NCBI GenBank assembly: GCA_048772705.1
Contig: JBLWGC010000082.1
Coordinates: 186,001-250,000 of the forward strand
Length of the DNA stretch: 64,000 nt
Reading direction: 5' to 3'
Source: Leidyana gryllorum EB-2025a
Lineage: Eukaryota > Protista > Apicomplexa
Below, piece after piece: positions 39,531-52,500 of the stretch. The notes beneath the pieces are model-generated. The model worked only from the letters and a program-made list of their open reading frames with translations. It was not told the origin of the DNA and did not search any database. Both the position numbers and the translations under genes were made by a program. The number at the start of each line of letters is the position of its first letter. The stretch's first letter is position 1.

Positions 39531-40301
39531 ATGGACGACGATCACAGAATTACTCGTAAGCAGACGATCGGTCTGCCGAAGCGGCAGACCACGGAGGATG
39601 AGCAGTTTGTTGGGTCACCTCTGAACCCCAACGTACAGTCCGGGCGAGGGCGGCGGCAGAGCGGTCCATCATCGGAGGCTCTACGAACTCACTCTTCGAA
39701 CGGGAGGAGTCTTTCGCAGTCACGAGAAGGCCGGCAGACAACTGGGAGCGAAGGGAGAATCTTTCCTGTAGGGTTGAGAAATGAGATGGCTATAGATATG
39801 GTTGGTGTAGGCTGAAGGTTATGACTACGAGTCAACGATAGTGTGTCGAGGTTTCCCAGAGGATGCGGATGAGGGTGCAGTAACGGATTTCTTCGGATGG
39901 TACGGCCCAGTAGTATACTGTGAGAGGTGAGAAAAGCGGTGTGCACTGTCATCGGGAAGGAGGAGATGAGCGGAGGGGAAGAGGGTTCGATCAAACTGGT
40001 TTGGAAATGCGATGCTCTCTGTTTGAGAAGCAGAGGCCTCTTCTACAGCAGCTCATCGACTCACTTCCAGGCGGTCGACACACTCAAAAACGACGGCTAT
40101 GATAGACTGAGAGTGGACAACGGGTCTGAGGTGGTCTTCCTTGTGACATTCGCTAGTCGAGAGCAGGTGGCAGCACTTCTTGATCGGAAGCTGATCTATT
40201 GGGGAGGCGGGAAGGCTTCGGGGTATGAGGTGAAGGTTCGCGTTTCTGATCCTCCTGCTACCTTCATGGAGAGCATCATACAATGGGTGGGTGGGGAATA
40301 A
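39531..40301 (+). CDS. Hypothetical protein, possibly with a degenerate RRM-like C-terminal domain
   Basis: Two + strand ORFs separated by an intron-like segment. FLVTFASREQVAALL is RRM-like. Confidence 0.45.
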
Positions 40302-40346
40302 TACATATGTGTGTAACGCGTGGCGCAGTTCGGTGGTTGACGTGGT

Positions 40347-41519
40347 TCAGCACAAATAGTGTCCATGATGGTGATGGAGATGGTGATAGTGGAGTCGCGG
40401 ATCCTCAACGGCGCGCGAGCGATTGGTAGTAATAAGTCGGCTGGAGCATTCGGGAGGGGGCAGGCGAGTGGTGGAGCGAACCAAATCTCCACCACAATGA
40501 ACACACGGCACACTGCGCCTGTGTCTGGTACTGTGGCTTCCGCTGAGGTAGAGGGAGTCACTGGCTCCTCCTCCACCGCAGCATCCACTGCGCGAGTGGT
40601 AGTACATACTGGGCTGTGGGCACATTCCCGCGGGTGCGCCGCCACATCCATAGCATCCGCCTTGGGCCTCGAGGGCGGGCAGCATTTGGCCGGAGCAATG
40701 CATATGGGGCTGGCATCTGCGGGGGGAATAGGCCCCGTTTGATGTGGCGCTGCCAATCTTGGGGATGGGCGGCAGCCGTGCAGGATCCGGAGGCGCGGCC
40801 ATAGACGCGGTCCTGTGATGGTCCTGCTGATTAGACGTGTTCATGACGGAGGCGGCAGGGAAAGAGGGGGTTTGCGGATTGCTTCCGGCCCCAAAGGAGG
40901 GTGGCCCGTGGTACTGCGACACTCTGTTCGGGGACATAAAGACTCATTCTGGCGTCCTTGGCGACCTTACCGGTTCGACGGAGTCCCTTCTTCCGGTTGA
41001 TGGGATCCATCGTGATGTGTCACTGTCAAACGCAGGGTGCCGCCGGGCTTTCCGCTCTTGCGCGTCAGCTGCAGTGTATGTACGTGTGTGGTGGTGTGTG
41101 GCCGTTCTCACTCACTGGAATATCACCACTGAACTTTCCCTGGGAGATGACCTGATGAAGCGAAAAGTCGCCCGACGCTATGGTATCGTCAGATCTAAGG
41201 GCTGTGATGAATGCGCTGCAATTTTGATGTGCGTGTGCATACGTAAAAGTTTCCTTATTGCAGACTGTGAGTTTGAGGCTAGCCTCATCATGATAATTGA
41301 CAGTGAAGCTATGCTCCCATTTTGGATTGGATCCGCCGCTTCTGGCCACCTTAGTCTTATGTTTCTTCGAGCCGAGTTGCAGAATGACGTAAGGGTCCTG
41401 ATGATGCGTACAAAGAAGCGGCCGGTGGGTCAGTAGCGTACCAATCGGTTCAGCAATCCTTTTCCTTTGAGTCCTCTAGCGTCATGGATCGTGACTTGGA
41501 GGATTGGTCCAACTGGCAT
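40347..41519 (-). CDS. C2-domain protein with Pro/Cys/His-rich tail
   Basis: LQVTIHDARGL...DPYVILQLG...KTKV..GGSNPKWEHSF...DDTIASG are classic C2 motifs. Confidence 0.85.
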
Positions 41520-41553
41520 TTATGATGTCGGACGATTTCTGTGCAGTTGGGAC

Positions 41554-43717
41554 TCAATAAAAGGAGCATTCAGTACACATCCAGGCGGAGTCTATATCGG
41601 GGACACAGTAATTGGCAGACAAATAACAAGCGTATCCACAGATATGGTTAGCGTTGAATTGAAGCGGCCCTGGGAGTTTGAGTTGACTCAAATCCACCGA
41701 CATTGGATTCAATTTAATCCCTATACTCCCCCATTCACTTTCGGCAAACTTTGGGTTCAGAATGTCCAATACCTCATACGGTATCTCTATCATATTGACG
41801 TGATCGGCATACTGATCTCGACCTTCACCAAAGTTTCCAAAGTTATTTCTCGAGTCGCATCGCGGCAAACCGTGTTGATTAGCGCACGGCAGATTTGGCA
41901 CTGCGTCCAGCTCCACAACCCAAGTCCGGGTGTTCACCAGCTGTTCCAATAAAGACGCTGCTGCCTCGTTCAGTGATCTCGCCGGTGCAAAGGTAACCAG
42001 ATCAACTTTTGCTTGTCCTGCGAAGGTCACGGCCAAAGCCAAGGCCGCCACATTTGCCATCCCTCCACCGAGCGAGTGGCCCGTAACCATCAAATGTGGC
42101 TTCTTACACTCATTATTCGACCACTCCCGTACCAATCGGGCTTCCACTGGGGGCAGAATGGGAGCTAACAGCTCCAGAAAACCCGAGTGAACCAGAACTG
42201 AGCTGTCGTGCGGCAGAGGCGAGAGCCCTGTAGTAAAATCCTTGCGCCATTCATAGTCTGTCGCTGTCCCCCGTAGCACCAGCACTATCTCACAAGGGTC
42301 GTCGACTCCTTGCAGCAGAAATCCAGACGACATACTCGTGCTGTTGGTCACCGATTGAGTATTCGAAGCTGTTTTGAGAGTGTGTGTGTGTGCATGTCTC
42401 CGGTGGCGTCACCTGCCCTCCCGCCTACCTGGCTGGTTCAGTCGTATGTCCTCCATGATGTCATAGCCGGGCAAGAGCTGTTTCGGGTTCGGGTGTTCCA
42501 TACTGCACAGACTCTGTTCATTGGCCCAGGAACTCGCACCGAAAACAGCCCTCAACAGCCAATACGACAGGCGCCCCTCTTTCTGTACCTGCAGCAGAGT
42601 GGCGTCGTCATCTGGGCTGTCGAGGTGGGTGTCGATGGTCAAACCCGTAGCTCCGGGATCCTCCTCCTTCAACAGGTTCCCCTGAGTACACTTCACCATA
42701 GGCACTGAGGCTCCCACTGCTCCTTTGCAGGAGGGCGCTACTCCTTCGGCGCATCCCAGGACTGTCGGAGGAGACGTTTTTCGGGAGACATTTGGGGGTA
42801 TGTCACTCACATTCGCCAAGAAGGGTCATTGTCGCACAGCTGTAGAGAGTCGCTATTTCGTCGTCATCTTCAGCAACGAGATTGTCGGCAGCGGTACATA
42901 GGAGAGAGCCCAGATTACGCATTGGAGACTTGAGGGCTGCCGTGAGACCCGTAATTTCGGGGTACTCGAAAAGTCCCTTGAGAATAGTTTTGATCATCGG
43001 AGATCTGAGGTAATCACTGAAGGCTTCCCGATCTTCTTTAAACTCTTTATTGAACTGATTTCCCACAAAATTAAGGCCTCCCAGCAGTTTGTCCAGCACA
43101 CTGGAGATCGCATTGGTAGTGTCTTTGTCGGCAAAATCATCATTCACAGCTACTGAGGAACGAGCGAGAAATCTGTCCGTGAACGGTGTCTCTCCGCTCG
43201 GTGTCTCTCCGCTCAATGTCACAGCCGTGGCATTCTGTAAGAGAGATTGTAGCCCTTTGAGCTTATTCAGTCCCATCGAGGACGACCCCACGATACCGTG
43301 AACGTCCCATTGCAGATTTTCGTTCAACTGATTGACGTGATGAGTGAGATTTCCCAAAACTTCCTCGAGATTACTCGCGCTGCTAATGTCATTCATAGCG
43401 CTCACTGCGGCAGCGCTCAGACGCCGCTTGGTGCTGGTCGACGACAGGGCGGAGGAAATCGAATTCTTCACCACCCCAAACAACACATCATTCACTGTGC
43501 GGGGAGTCATAACCTCCTGATACAGTTCCATCAGGGTCCGAACATTGAGAATATTCGCTGGTTCACTGGTGAAGCCATCAGATAGCCCGAGGCTTCTTTC
43601 AAATGCAGTGCCGACCCCCAAGGCACATATAGGTGAGGGGGGCCGGTGTTCGAAAAGTGTTCGGGGAATACCAACGAAACCATAACACCCTGTCCATAAT
43701 AAGGATGAAAACCGCAT
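41554..43717 (-). CDS. Class 3 lipase with long N-terminal extension (probably secreted)
   Basis: IVLVLRGT, VHSGFL, VTGHSLGGGMA (GxSxG), VTFAPAR and DAVPNLP. Joined through introns to the upstream ORF starting MRFSSLLWTGCYG. Confidence 0.85.
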
Positions 43718-43730
43718 ATGGGGCTCAAAA

Positions 43731-45350
43731 ATGACCAATTTGTGGCTGCTCGCTTGGGCACTGGCAGCCGCAGCGGCCGAGAAATCGGAACCAACCACTA
43801 CTGATTTCCAGGATGTACTAGAAATACACCGACTACCTAATGGAGGCGCCCATTTTAGAGCTGTCACGGAATGGGACACCACTGTCTTCAGCGATTTACC
43901 CTATCTAACGCAACTAGTCTTCACATCTGGCTTCGCAAGAGCCTACGCAACACTCACGCAAGGCCGACGCTTCCACGAAGAATGGAACACGCAGCCCACC
44001 CGGGGCCAGGGCTTTTTTGTCTATGAGGCAGAATTGTCGGCAAACGACAACAAATATGAATTCGAACGCGATGTCAATAGGACCTTCCTTATATTCGAAG
44101 CCATGACTGGGGCGCCCGTTTCCGAGTCCGTCGTTACACCTCTAAGCCTCGACACAGACAATAAGTGAGCTTGCGTGCTGCTTGGTGCAGATCTTTTGTC
44201 GTCAAATGATGACTCTGGGATGCGACAATCATCCCTGACTGCCACTTTGAGTTGTTGACGGCTTCAGGTTGCGCGTGGGGGCCCGAACACACGAAGATCG
44301 ATTGTGTACGAACACAATGACTAAACTATATAGAACGCTCAGTTGTCGATCCACGGTTAGTGTGGCTGTCAACATCTACAATTTCCATTTGATGATCGTT
44401 TCAGAGCGGAGTTGTACCAGGTGTTGGTCGTTATTTGCATTTGGGGGAGTTCAGAGGAGTCAAAATACTTATTGAAGGTCGGGCCGATGAGCGCGCCCAC
44501 GTGCGGTTTGGGGTCGAGTTGACATTGAGGGAAGCTCACGAGGACAGGATCCAAGATATTATCAATTTCCCTCCCTGTGCGGCTGCAGCACACACCTACG
44601 TGGTTGAGCACACCGCGAATGGCACGGTGACTGCGCGAGAGCGGTTGTGGGACGGGTCCTTCGAGGTACTGCCCGAGATACCGGCCGTGGCTGTGAATCA
44701 ACAGGCGATTGGTCCTGCGTCACACGTGCGAAGGTTGCAGCACCCTTTGGGGGCCTCCGTGCGACGTCTTTCTGACGCCTCCTATTCGAAGATTCAGTCG
44801 GCAACGGGCGTCAAGAGTCGGTGAGTGCGAGGGCGGCACTGGATATCTGTCACTTTGCTTTGGCGTCAGATTGTTTGATCGGCTCCCGAGTTGGGCGCGT
44901 CCACATCGGCTGCGAAGCGAGGCGAGATATGGCGAGTGCGTCAAAAGTGTTGAAGTCGGTACGATCGAGAGAAAGAGAGGTCATCCGAGTTGGATGCTGG
45001 AAGCTGACATTGTCAAAAGCTCAGAGGACGAGGGGGAGTGTTACCTCCAAGTTCCTCTGCGTCACAAGTTTCCGCAGTGGTCGAATTATATCTGGACGAC
45101 GGTGGGAGGGTTTGACACCGATGCATCGTGGCTGGTTGAGGACACGGCACAGGTGGCTTCGGTGTCTGGAAGCCATCCGGACGCGTGGCTTTTGGCTCCG
45201 TTCATTGATATCTGTAAGCATTAAGCATTTCACACCCCCCCCTGGACACACTATTTCGCAGCGGCGTTCTTCAACATTGTAGCTATTTCGTGTCTGAGCA
45301 TTATGCTGCTGTACAGTCGGACTGTGAAGACGCTGATTACGGTCACTTAG
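43731..45350 (+). CDS. PIGT: GPI transamidase subunit PIG-T/Gpi16
   Basis: Signal peptide, DVLEIHRLPNG, TLTQGR, EDRLCTNTMTKLYRTLSC (PIG-T EVVCTENLTPWKKLLPC) and C-terminal FNIVAISCL TM. Stop TAG 45348-45350. Confidence 0.7.
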
Positions 45351-47149
45351 GCGCGCTGGAATTTTCTGTTGCTGTGGGAGGGCTTATGCCTTCGCTCGAG
45401 CAGCTCTCGGTATTGACAGGAACTGCTGCTGATAGACAGATCATTTCGTCATCCTCCTCCTCGTCGTCCTCCTCTTCCCGAGGCAACGGTCTTTTCCGCC
45501 CTCTGCCGCCAGCGTTCTCTTTTTTTCCTTCGCTTGGATCAACATGTTTCTCCTCAGCGGGGGACAGTCTGTTGTTGTCGCCTCCCTCTTCGCTCTCACT
45601 TTCACTCTCCTCATCGTCGTCGCCTTCGTTATCTGCACCCCCGTCTCCGTCTCGATCTTCATCTCCCTCGCTGTCGTCCTCTTCCTCACTCTCCCCGTCC
45701 TCTTCCTCACTTTCGCCGTCCGGCCGCACCCCGACTCCATTGTCTTCGGACGAGTTGTCGTCATCTTCGTCTTCGTAATCGTCGTCGTCTGCCTCTTCGT
45801 TATCACTGTGGGTCCGTTGGTCGTCTTCGCTCTCGTTGGCGAACCGTTTATTTGAGGCCAAATTGGGACTGGTGTCTGGCGTTGGACACGCCCAGAGCTC
45901 GTCTAACCGCCGTTGCCTCTCTCGCTCGTCCAAACAGCTCCATATGAATATCCATCTGCCCCTTGAGTGATCGAGACGCTTTGATTGACCGAAACGCTCA
46001 CCGTGCCTGTCTCCCGGCCATCATCGTGAGCATTTTCCAATATGGCAGTCTCCACCCCGTTCGAGCGTGTGCTTCCAGTGTTTTGGCGCTCTCCTTCTTG
46101 GCCACCATCGAGGTATAGTATCTGTCGGTGGCACATAGCGTCCCGAAAAGCGGCTCAGCTTACATTGGCTCGCATCCCGGCAGGGGTTCCGGGCAGGGTC
46201 CGATCTGAGTCATCCGTGTGTGCAGGAGCAAACTCTCCTCCACCATACGGAGGATGAACTCCAAGTCTCCTCCAGCCACACTCAGCTCCGAAGACGTGCC
46301 GACGCGACGTCGTTTGGGGTGCTGTCCCACAGCACCCGGGTCGTAGAAGGGCGGATTGCACACAGTCAGAGTGGGGCTGAAAAGGGCGATGTTGGCGACT
46401 TGGCATCTCGCGCTTTTCGCTTCCCACTCACCGGTCATCTGGAGACAGAATTCCTCGAAGGAAACGACTCGGATCGGTCTGATGGACAATGCGTATCCGA
46501 TCTTGCAGAGAGTTGCTGGTGACTAGTTTCTGTGATAGGAAAGATGCGAGTTGGGCGCCGAAAAGTGGACTCCCGCTTACCTTTGCGTGGTTACAGGCGT
46601 CCTGGTCGATATCCGAGCCGATACAGCGCCAACCAAACTCCGCGTGAATAAGAAAAGGAAATACGCAGGTCGCCCCCACGCCTCTGCGAGATGGTGTGTG
46701 TGTGTGTGCGTGTGTAGGAGAGCGCTCACATGTCCACCACGAGTATATCGAGGGATTCGAGGGCCTCTTTTTCATTGAAAACTACTTTGCCCTCGAGGAG
46801 TACATCAGCGACCGAATGGATATAATTGGCTCTGCCGGGGAGAGGTGGTACGAGATGTTTGGCAGGACAATCCTGAGGCGGCGGGCGGGGTTATTGAAAT
46901 TGGATATATGTATAGTTCGTGTGTACCCATTTGAGGTTGTATTTGACCTTGAAGGTAGCACGAGTGAGGGCTCGGAGGGCGGCTGGTCTCTCATCTTCGA
47001 TTGTAACTCCAGTTCCTGTGCTCCTCCGTTTCAAACTGGGTTGGTGGGTTTGTGGCGTGGCAGGGCGGGGCTTACTATGGGCGGAGCTGACGGTCGGACT
47101 GGGCGAGTAGCTCGAAGTCTAGTTTTTGGAGTTCATTGCGGGGATGCAT
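45343..47149 (-). CDS. METTL16: METTL16/RlmF-family m6A methyltransferase with acidic C-terminal tail
   Basis: MHPRN..LDFELLA, GVGATCVFP, IGSDID, CNPPFY, GGDLEFILRMVEES, YTSMVAKK and spliced GRQAR|WIFIWS. Confidence 0.88.
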
Positions 47150-47194
47150 TGAGCGGTTTTTGTTGGTTGTGGTTGTTGGTGGTTGGTTGGTTAC

Positions 47195-47686
47195 TTAATC
47201 AAAGTATGGATTGGACTTCCTAGCTGATGCTACAGTCTTGGTATACAGGGACTCGAGGTCATCATTGGCGGCTTTGGTGGCCTCGATAACCATCAACACG
47301 GAAGCTGGGCGATTGGATTTGCAGGCACCACCCAGCGCCTGTTTGGACCCGAGGTATCCATATACTACATCCTTCTCTTCGCAGAATACAGGAAGGTGGG
47401 CTATGATATCTATTGGGAAAACATCTGCTGCGAAGAAGACTATGCCCTTCTCCCCCTTCCGGAGGGCCTTGGTGACTTCGGCCACTCCCCGACGCAATAG
47501 CCGTGGGGCCTTCCCCTTGCTTTCCTTGGCTTTCACCCTTTGACTTTGTTCCTCCTCTATCGTTTTCCGGATCAGCTTCACTGACCTCTCCAGCAGCTTC
47601 CCGTCAAACAATGGTCGGGAAATGGGACTCAAGTACTCCACAACCTGAGGAGTGCCACTCTCACCGGACTTGTCCTTCTTCCCCAT
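47195..47686 (-). CDS. NHP2: H/ACA snoRNP protein Nhp2 (L7Ae family)
   Basis: SPISRPL, LRRGVAEVTKALRKGEKG, AADVFPIDIIAHLPVFCEE and SKQALGGAC.SNRP. Confidence 0.92.
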   Translation of the reverse strand: MGKKDKSGESGTPQVVEYLSPISRPLFDGKLLERSVKLIRKTIEEEQSQRVKAKESKGKAPRLLRRGVAEVTKALRKGEKGIVFFAADVFPIDIIAHLPVFCEEKDVVYGYLGSKQALGGACKSNRPASVLMVIEATKAANDDLESLYTKTVASARKSNPYFD

Positions 47687-47728
47687 AGTCAGCCAGAAAA
47701 AAATTATACTCACTATTCCCTCAGTAAT

Positions 47729-48747
47729 ATGAACATTCGGTATGCCAAGGGAGTCTGAGACCCTCCTCGACAACCATCACACAGTGATCTGTCATTTTTC
47801 TGGTCCCGCGGCCGCTCAAATAACGACGATGATGATCAAGACGAACAAAGCCCAAACCGCCAAGTCGAGTCCTACGCGGGCGGCGAGAAAAGGTGTGTAA
47901 CTGTTCCATCCTCCGCCGAGAACAAATACCTCCCCCAGCGGCATAGCGGTTGAACAGCCCCCCTCCGAGTCCACTGTCAATGTTGTCCTCTATCAAGACG
48001 GCTTTGTCATTGGAAATGGCCCCTTCCGTCCGTTGACCGATCCGGCTAATGAGGCTTTTGTCGCAAAGCTCAGAGCTCGGTACGCTCACACCCCGAGACC
48101 TCAATAACCCCCACGCAGAGAAGTCCCAGCCGAGCTTCGATCCTATGTCAAGGACGGTAAAGTCAATGTCACGCTCTCAGATCGCAGCTCCATAAAACAC
48201 GCCGATGACAACGGATCTGCCGCATTCAGTCACTCCGCTCCCTCGGAACCCGCGCCCTCTGTAAGCCTCAAACCCCTCCCACCAACTAACGCGCTAATCC
48301 CACGCTCAGTACAATTTGTTCGCCGGCGCTGGCCATTCCCTAGGCTCCTCCCAGACCACCGGCGGCGCTGGCCCCATTGATGTCTCCCAAGCAACGGTTC
48401 CAGTGGATCCAAATCAACCGACTACAACGCTCGGTTTCCGGTTCCACGATGGTAGGCCAACGGCAAACAATCACAATCACTCACTACCATCGCTACCAGG
48501 CACGCGCGCAACGCAGACATTCAACACAACTGCCACTCTGGCCGCTGTTAGGCAATACGTGAATGCGTAAGCCACAATCACCAGCCTCAAACCCACCTCA
48601 AATCCCACCCGCAGCGTGGCTCCGTTGCCCTCAGGCTACGAGCTCAGGTCTGGGGTCCCTCCCCGACCTATCACGACTCCGGACAGCCAAACCATAGAAC
48701 AATCCGGCCTCCAAAATGCTATCATCATTCAATCACGGTTAGGATAG
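47729..48747 (+). CDS. SHP1: p47/Shp1 (SEP + UBX) Cdc48 cofactor
   Basis: Spliced MNIRDLS...SYAGGEKS, LYQDGFVIGNGPFR, FAGAGHSLG, VDPNQPTTTL.FRFHDG, GVPPRP and LQNAIIIQ. Confidence 0.88.
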
Positions 48748-49586
48748 TAAATCAGCTCTCCGCTGGACAAACACACACACACACACGCATCGCTGATAGC
48801 GTGTGTGAGACTCTCATTTTAAGCGAAGCGAATCCTACAGAGTATTTGTATGTTAGATTGGTCAATTGAGTATATGTCAATCTCAAATGCTCTAACAAAC
48901 TGACTAACTAGTATTGCGCGAGGTGTTAAGGAATACAGGATACGAACAACATGCATCCATTATCAGAGTGCTCAGTCAGCAGACGGCCGACTAACCACCA
49001 GACACACGAATGACAATGACTAGACTCATATTACGATCTGAGAGGCCAGAGGATGGGTCCTTGTCGTCATAAGTGGTGTCTTCCCGCGAGCACGGCCCCC
49101 ATAGCAGTGATTGAGTAGCGTACTCTCAAACTGCTGGGGGGCTGCGATGTGTGTGTTGCTCACCAGCTAGCTAACTATGATACCGGCAATCATCAGCAGT
49201 GGTCCCGAATGTCGGGGACGATCTGATGTGTGCCGACATGGACAAATGTCAACAACGGTCATCTGAGTGATCATTTCTCACTCGACTTCCCAATGGCAAA
49301 TTATAACGATCGCGCTTTGCGACCGGAATTTCCCGAACGAGCGGAAAGGGTGAGCGTCGGCTGTTCTTCTACTGAACGTTTAGGAGTCCTGTGGATAATT
49401 GATTGTGTTTGCTTCGACACACACGGCGCGTGTGGCCTACTTTATGATGATGAGGCGCTCTCCCTCTCTCAGGGTAACAGACTGTGTCGCTTCGGCGACA
49501 CTTCGATATGCAGCAGATGCAGTGACCTCAGGAAAGAGGTGGGGGTATCCTAACATGAAGAAACTATTTAGACAAGTTACCATCGA

Positions 49587-52500
49587 TCAAAGGGGGCAGG
49601 AACCACAAAGACAGAAAGACTGTTCACATCGCTGACCGGCAGTCAGTGACTGTGACATTAAGAACGCAGGCTTACCTTGGCGATAGGGGTCGACGACAGC
49701 CCGCACAGGGAGAGCTCGACCATAGATGGGTGATTGCGGCCGCGACGGAGATCCGGTGGATGAAGCCACCCCCGAGCCCGTCCAGTAGCCAGGAGTTGTG
49801 GTGGCCGAAGGTGGTTGTACCATTTGTCCTTTGGCGAGTGGCCGTGGATGGACATATGGTGGGTAGCCGGGCATTCCACCCCAGCCGCCGCCTGGATACT
49901 CCTCGCGATGGTACCCACCAACACCAGCCCCATGGTCCATACTTGGCTGAGGGTCGCTTGGGCCTCCATATCCCGGATGGGGGGGTCCCATCCAGGGATG
50001 TACCGGCATGGGATAGTAGGCGCCGCTTGCGGGATCAAAGTGAGGCGGGGGCGGCACATGATGAGGTTGAGGGAATACCATGGGCATTCCGACACCGGGC
50101 ATCGGATTCATTGTCGGGTAGTGGTGGTGCATCTGAGGAGGCGCTCCGTATGACTGGGCGGGCATAGGAGGTGGGGGCGGCGGGGGCGGATATCCACCCT
50201 CCATCACGTAGTAAGGAACGCCCATCTGTCCACCCTCGTAGCCTCGAGGCGGCCCCATGCCGGGAGCGTACATCATGGATGGCCCCTGAGGACCAGAATA
50301 TTGTGCAGGATGGCCTCGGGACGGGGGTCTTCGAATCTGTGGTGTGGAGGTGACTGAGGCCGAGTTGGTGCCCCGTTGTTGCTGTCGCGGTGTGGGATTG
50401 GCGGGTACGCGGTGTGGTTGTCTTGAAGCGGCCGACGATGACCCGCCGCTCTCTTTGGCACTGACCTTTGCCATTGTCGTTGACGATTGGTTGCGTTGGC
50501 GGGCTCGTTGTTGGGATTGCGCGGCCGGTGGCTGATGTTGGTGGGCACCTTTGGTGGGGGGTGGTCGGTTTCTGGGGGCGGAAGAGGCGGAGATCATTGG
50601 AGATGGGGACTGAACGGCAGTTGCACTCGGAGGGTTGCGTGGGTTCGAAGGCTGCTGGGCGGTTCGTGGGACGGGTGGCAACTGATCAAAGTCTCCCAGG
50701 CGCGATCGTTTGGGGCACTGTTCCGCTGTCGGCGAGTCTCGTTGAACTTGTTTGCTGTTAGTGGCGGAACCGCTCGGGGGCGCTCCACGCTTCAGACCCC
50801 TTTCCAGCTGCGGATTCCGCTGCTTCGGGGAGTCTTCAACCACCGGATCCGGTCGAGCGCATACCGGAGAATCTTCAGACTTGACGTCCCCCCCGCGTGA
50901 CGCCGCCTGATACGCTCCCGTCGGTCTCCCGGGCTCGGCCAACAATGGAGGCAGCGAGGACGACACTTTTGCTCTCTCGGGCGCCTCCAGCAGAGGCGGC
51001 AGCGGCGAAGGCGCCGCTGTTCCCGTCGGGCCCTCCAGCAGAGGGGGGAGTGGTGGGGACGCGGCCGGCACGCCGTGAGTCGGCCCCTCCAGCAGAGGTG
51101 GCAGTGCGGCCGCTGGCAGTGGGACCTCCAGAAGGGGCGGCAGTGACGAAGACGACGGCGGTTTGTTGGTGGGGGCCGAGGTGGGGGCGGCGGAAGAATT
51201 GGGGACAGTATCCCTCGTCCTCGGCGGCGGCTGCTGCTGGAGGGGAGTTGCGTCGACCGTTGGGTCGCTGAGGTCGATTACGGTCGGAGGCAATTGGATC
51301 TCAACAGCCGTTGGCGGTGGCAGGGGCGGTGGGTCAGCGAGAGTGGCAGCAGCGGGGGTCGGAGGTGCAGCTGGGGCCGACGGTGCGACGGCGGGCGCGT
51401 TTGGGGGGCACAAGTCTGGTCTCTGGAAGGATTGGGTGGGGGCACGTGGTGATCCCCTAAGGGGTCTTCGAGATACGGCGACGTTGCGTCTTGAGGCAGA
51501 AGATCGGGTGGAGGTGGAGCCTGAGGTTGAGGTTGAAGAAGCGCTCGGCGCCGGGATTCTGTTGTTTCCGCGTTTACGTGTATTGGTGAGTTTCATTGAT
51601 GCTCGCGGTACAGTGGCTCCCAATCCATTTTTGATGTAAGTGAGATAAGTACGGTTGGGCACAATGGTGGCACCTTCGTGTGTGAGATTGACAGAGACTT
51701 GATCGGTGTTGGAGGTCATCAGTGTTGGATCATCGGGGTCTTTGTCCGGATTATTGAGACGAAGAACAGTGAGCAGAGTGTCGAGAGGGTGTCGATTGAG
51801 CGGTGTCGTCAACGCACTGTCCCAAGTGCTGACGAACATCTGCATCTTTTTGACCAACTTATCATCTTGCTGACGAGCCTCTTGAGGTTCGGGTTTGGTG
51901 ACTCTCTTGCGCTGTTGTGATCGGTCCGCAATTCGACGAGGTTCCGACGAGGTGACCAAACGTACTTTATTGTGAGCACTGCGACTATGCCGCACATAAG
52001 TGAACGCCGTCTGTATTGGGACTTTGGGGATGGCTACCTCGGGTTTCAGAACATTCCTCGGGAGGCCGCCTAAACAATCCGCGATCATTCTGGACCCCGG
52101 CTCCAATGCCATCTTTCCTTTCCTCCTCGTGGGATCCTCTTCGATCTTCAGAGCCTCAGGGCGGGGGGGTGGGGAGGTGCTGCTGCTCTCCAGGGGGGGA
52201 AGGGCGTCCTCGACGACGGGAGGTGGTTCCTGGGTCACTGCTGGGTTCTGTGAGTATATAGAAGGTGCAATACGAGCGTCATTCAAGGCCTGAATTGTGC
52301 TGGGCCTCACAGCAATTGATGGTTCGGTGCCCTCCACAGGAGATGGTGGAGGTACCGGGGGTAATTGAGTGTCCGTCATTCGGGCCGGTAAAGGTGGTGA
52401 TCTATGTGATGTGAAATTGGTTCCCATCTCTCCCGATTCGCGGGGTACATACGTTTTAGTCAAATCTCCGTGCGACGTTTCAGCATTATCTGACGGCGCT

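Noticed and set aside
45290-45947. Several overlapping ORFs (Ser-rich, Arg-rich, hydrophobic) across the METTL16 tail
   Set aside because: Alternative frames of a low-complexity GAR/GAY acidic tract.
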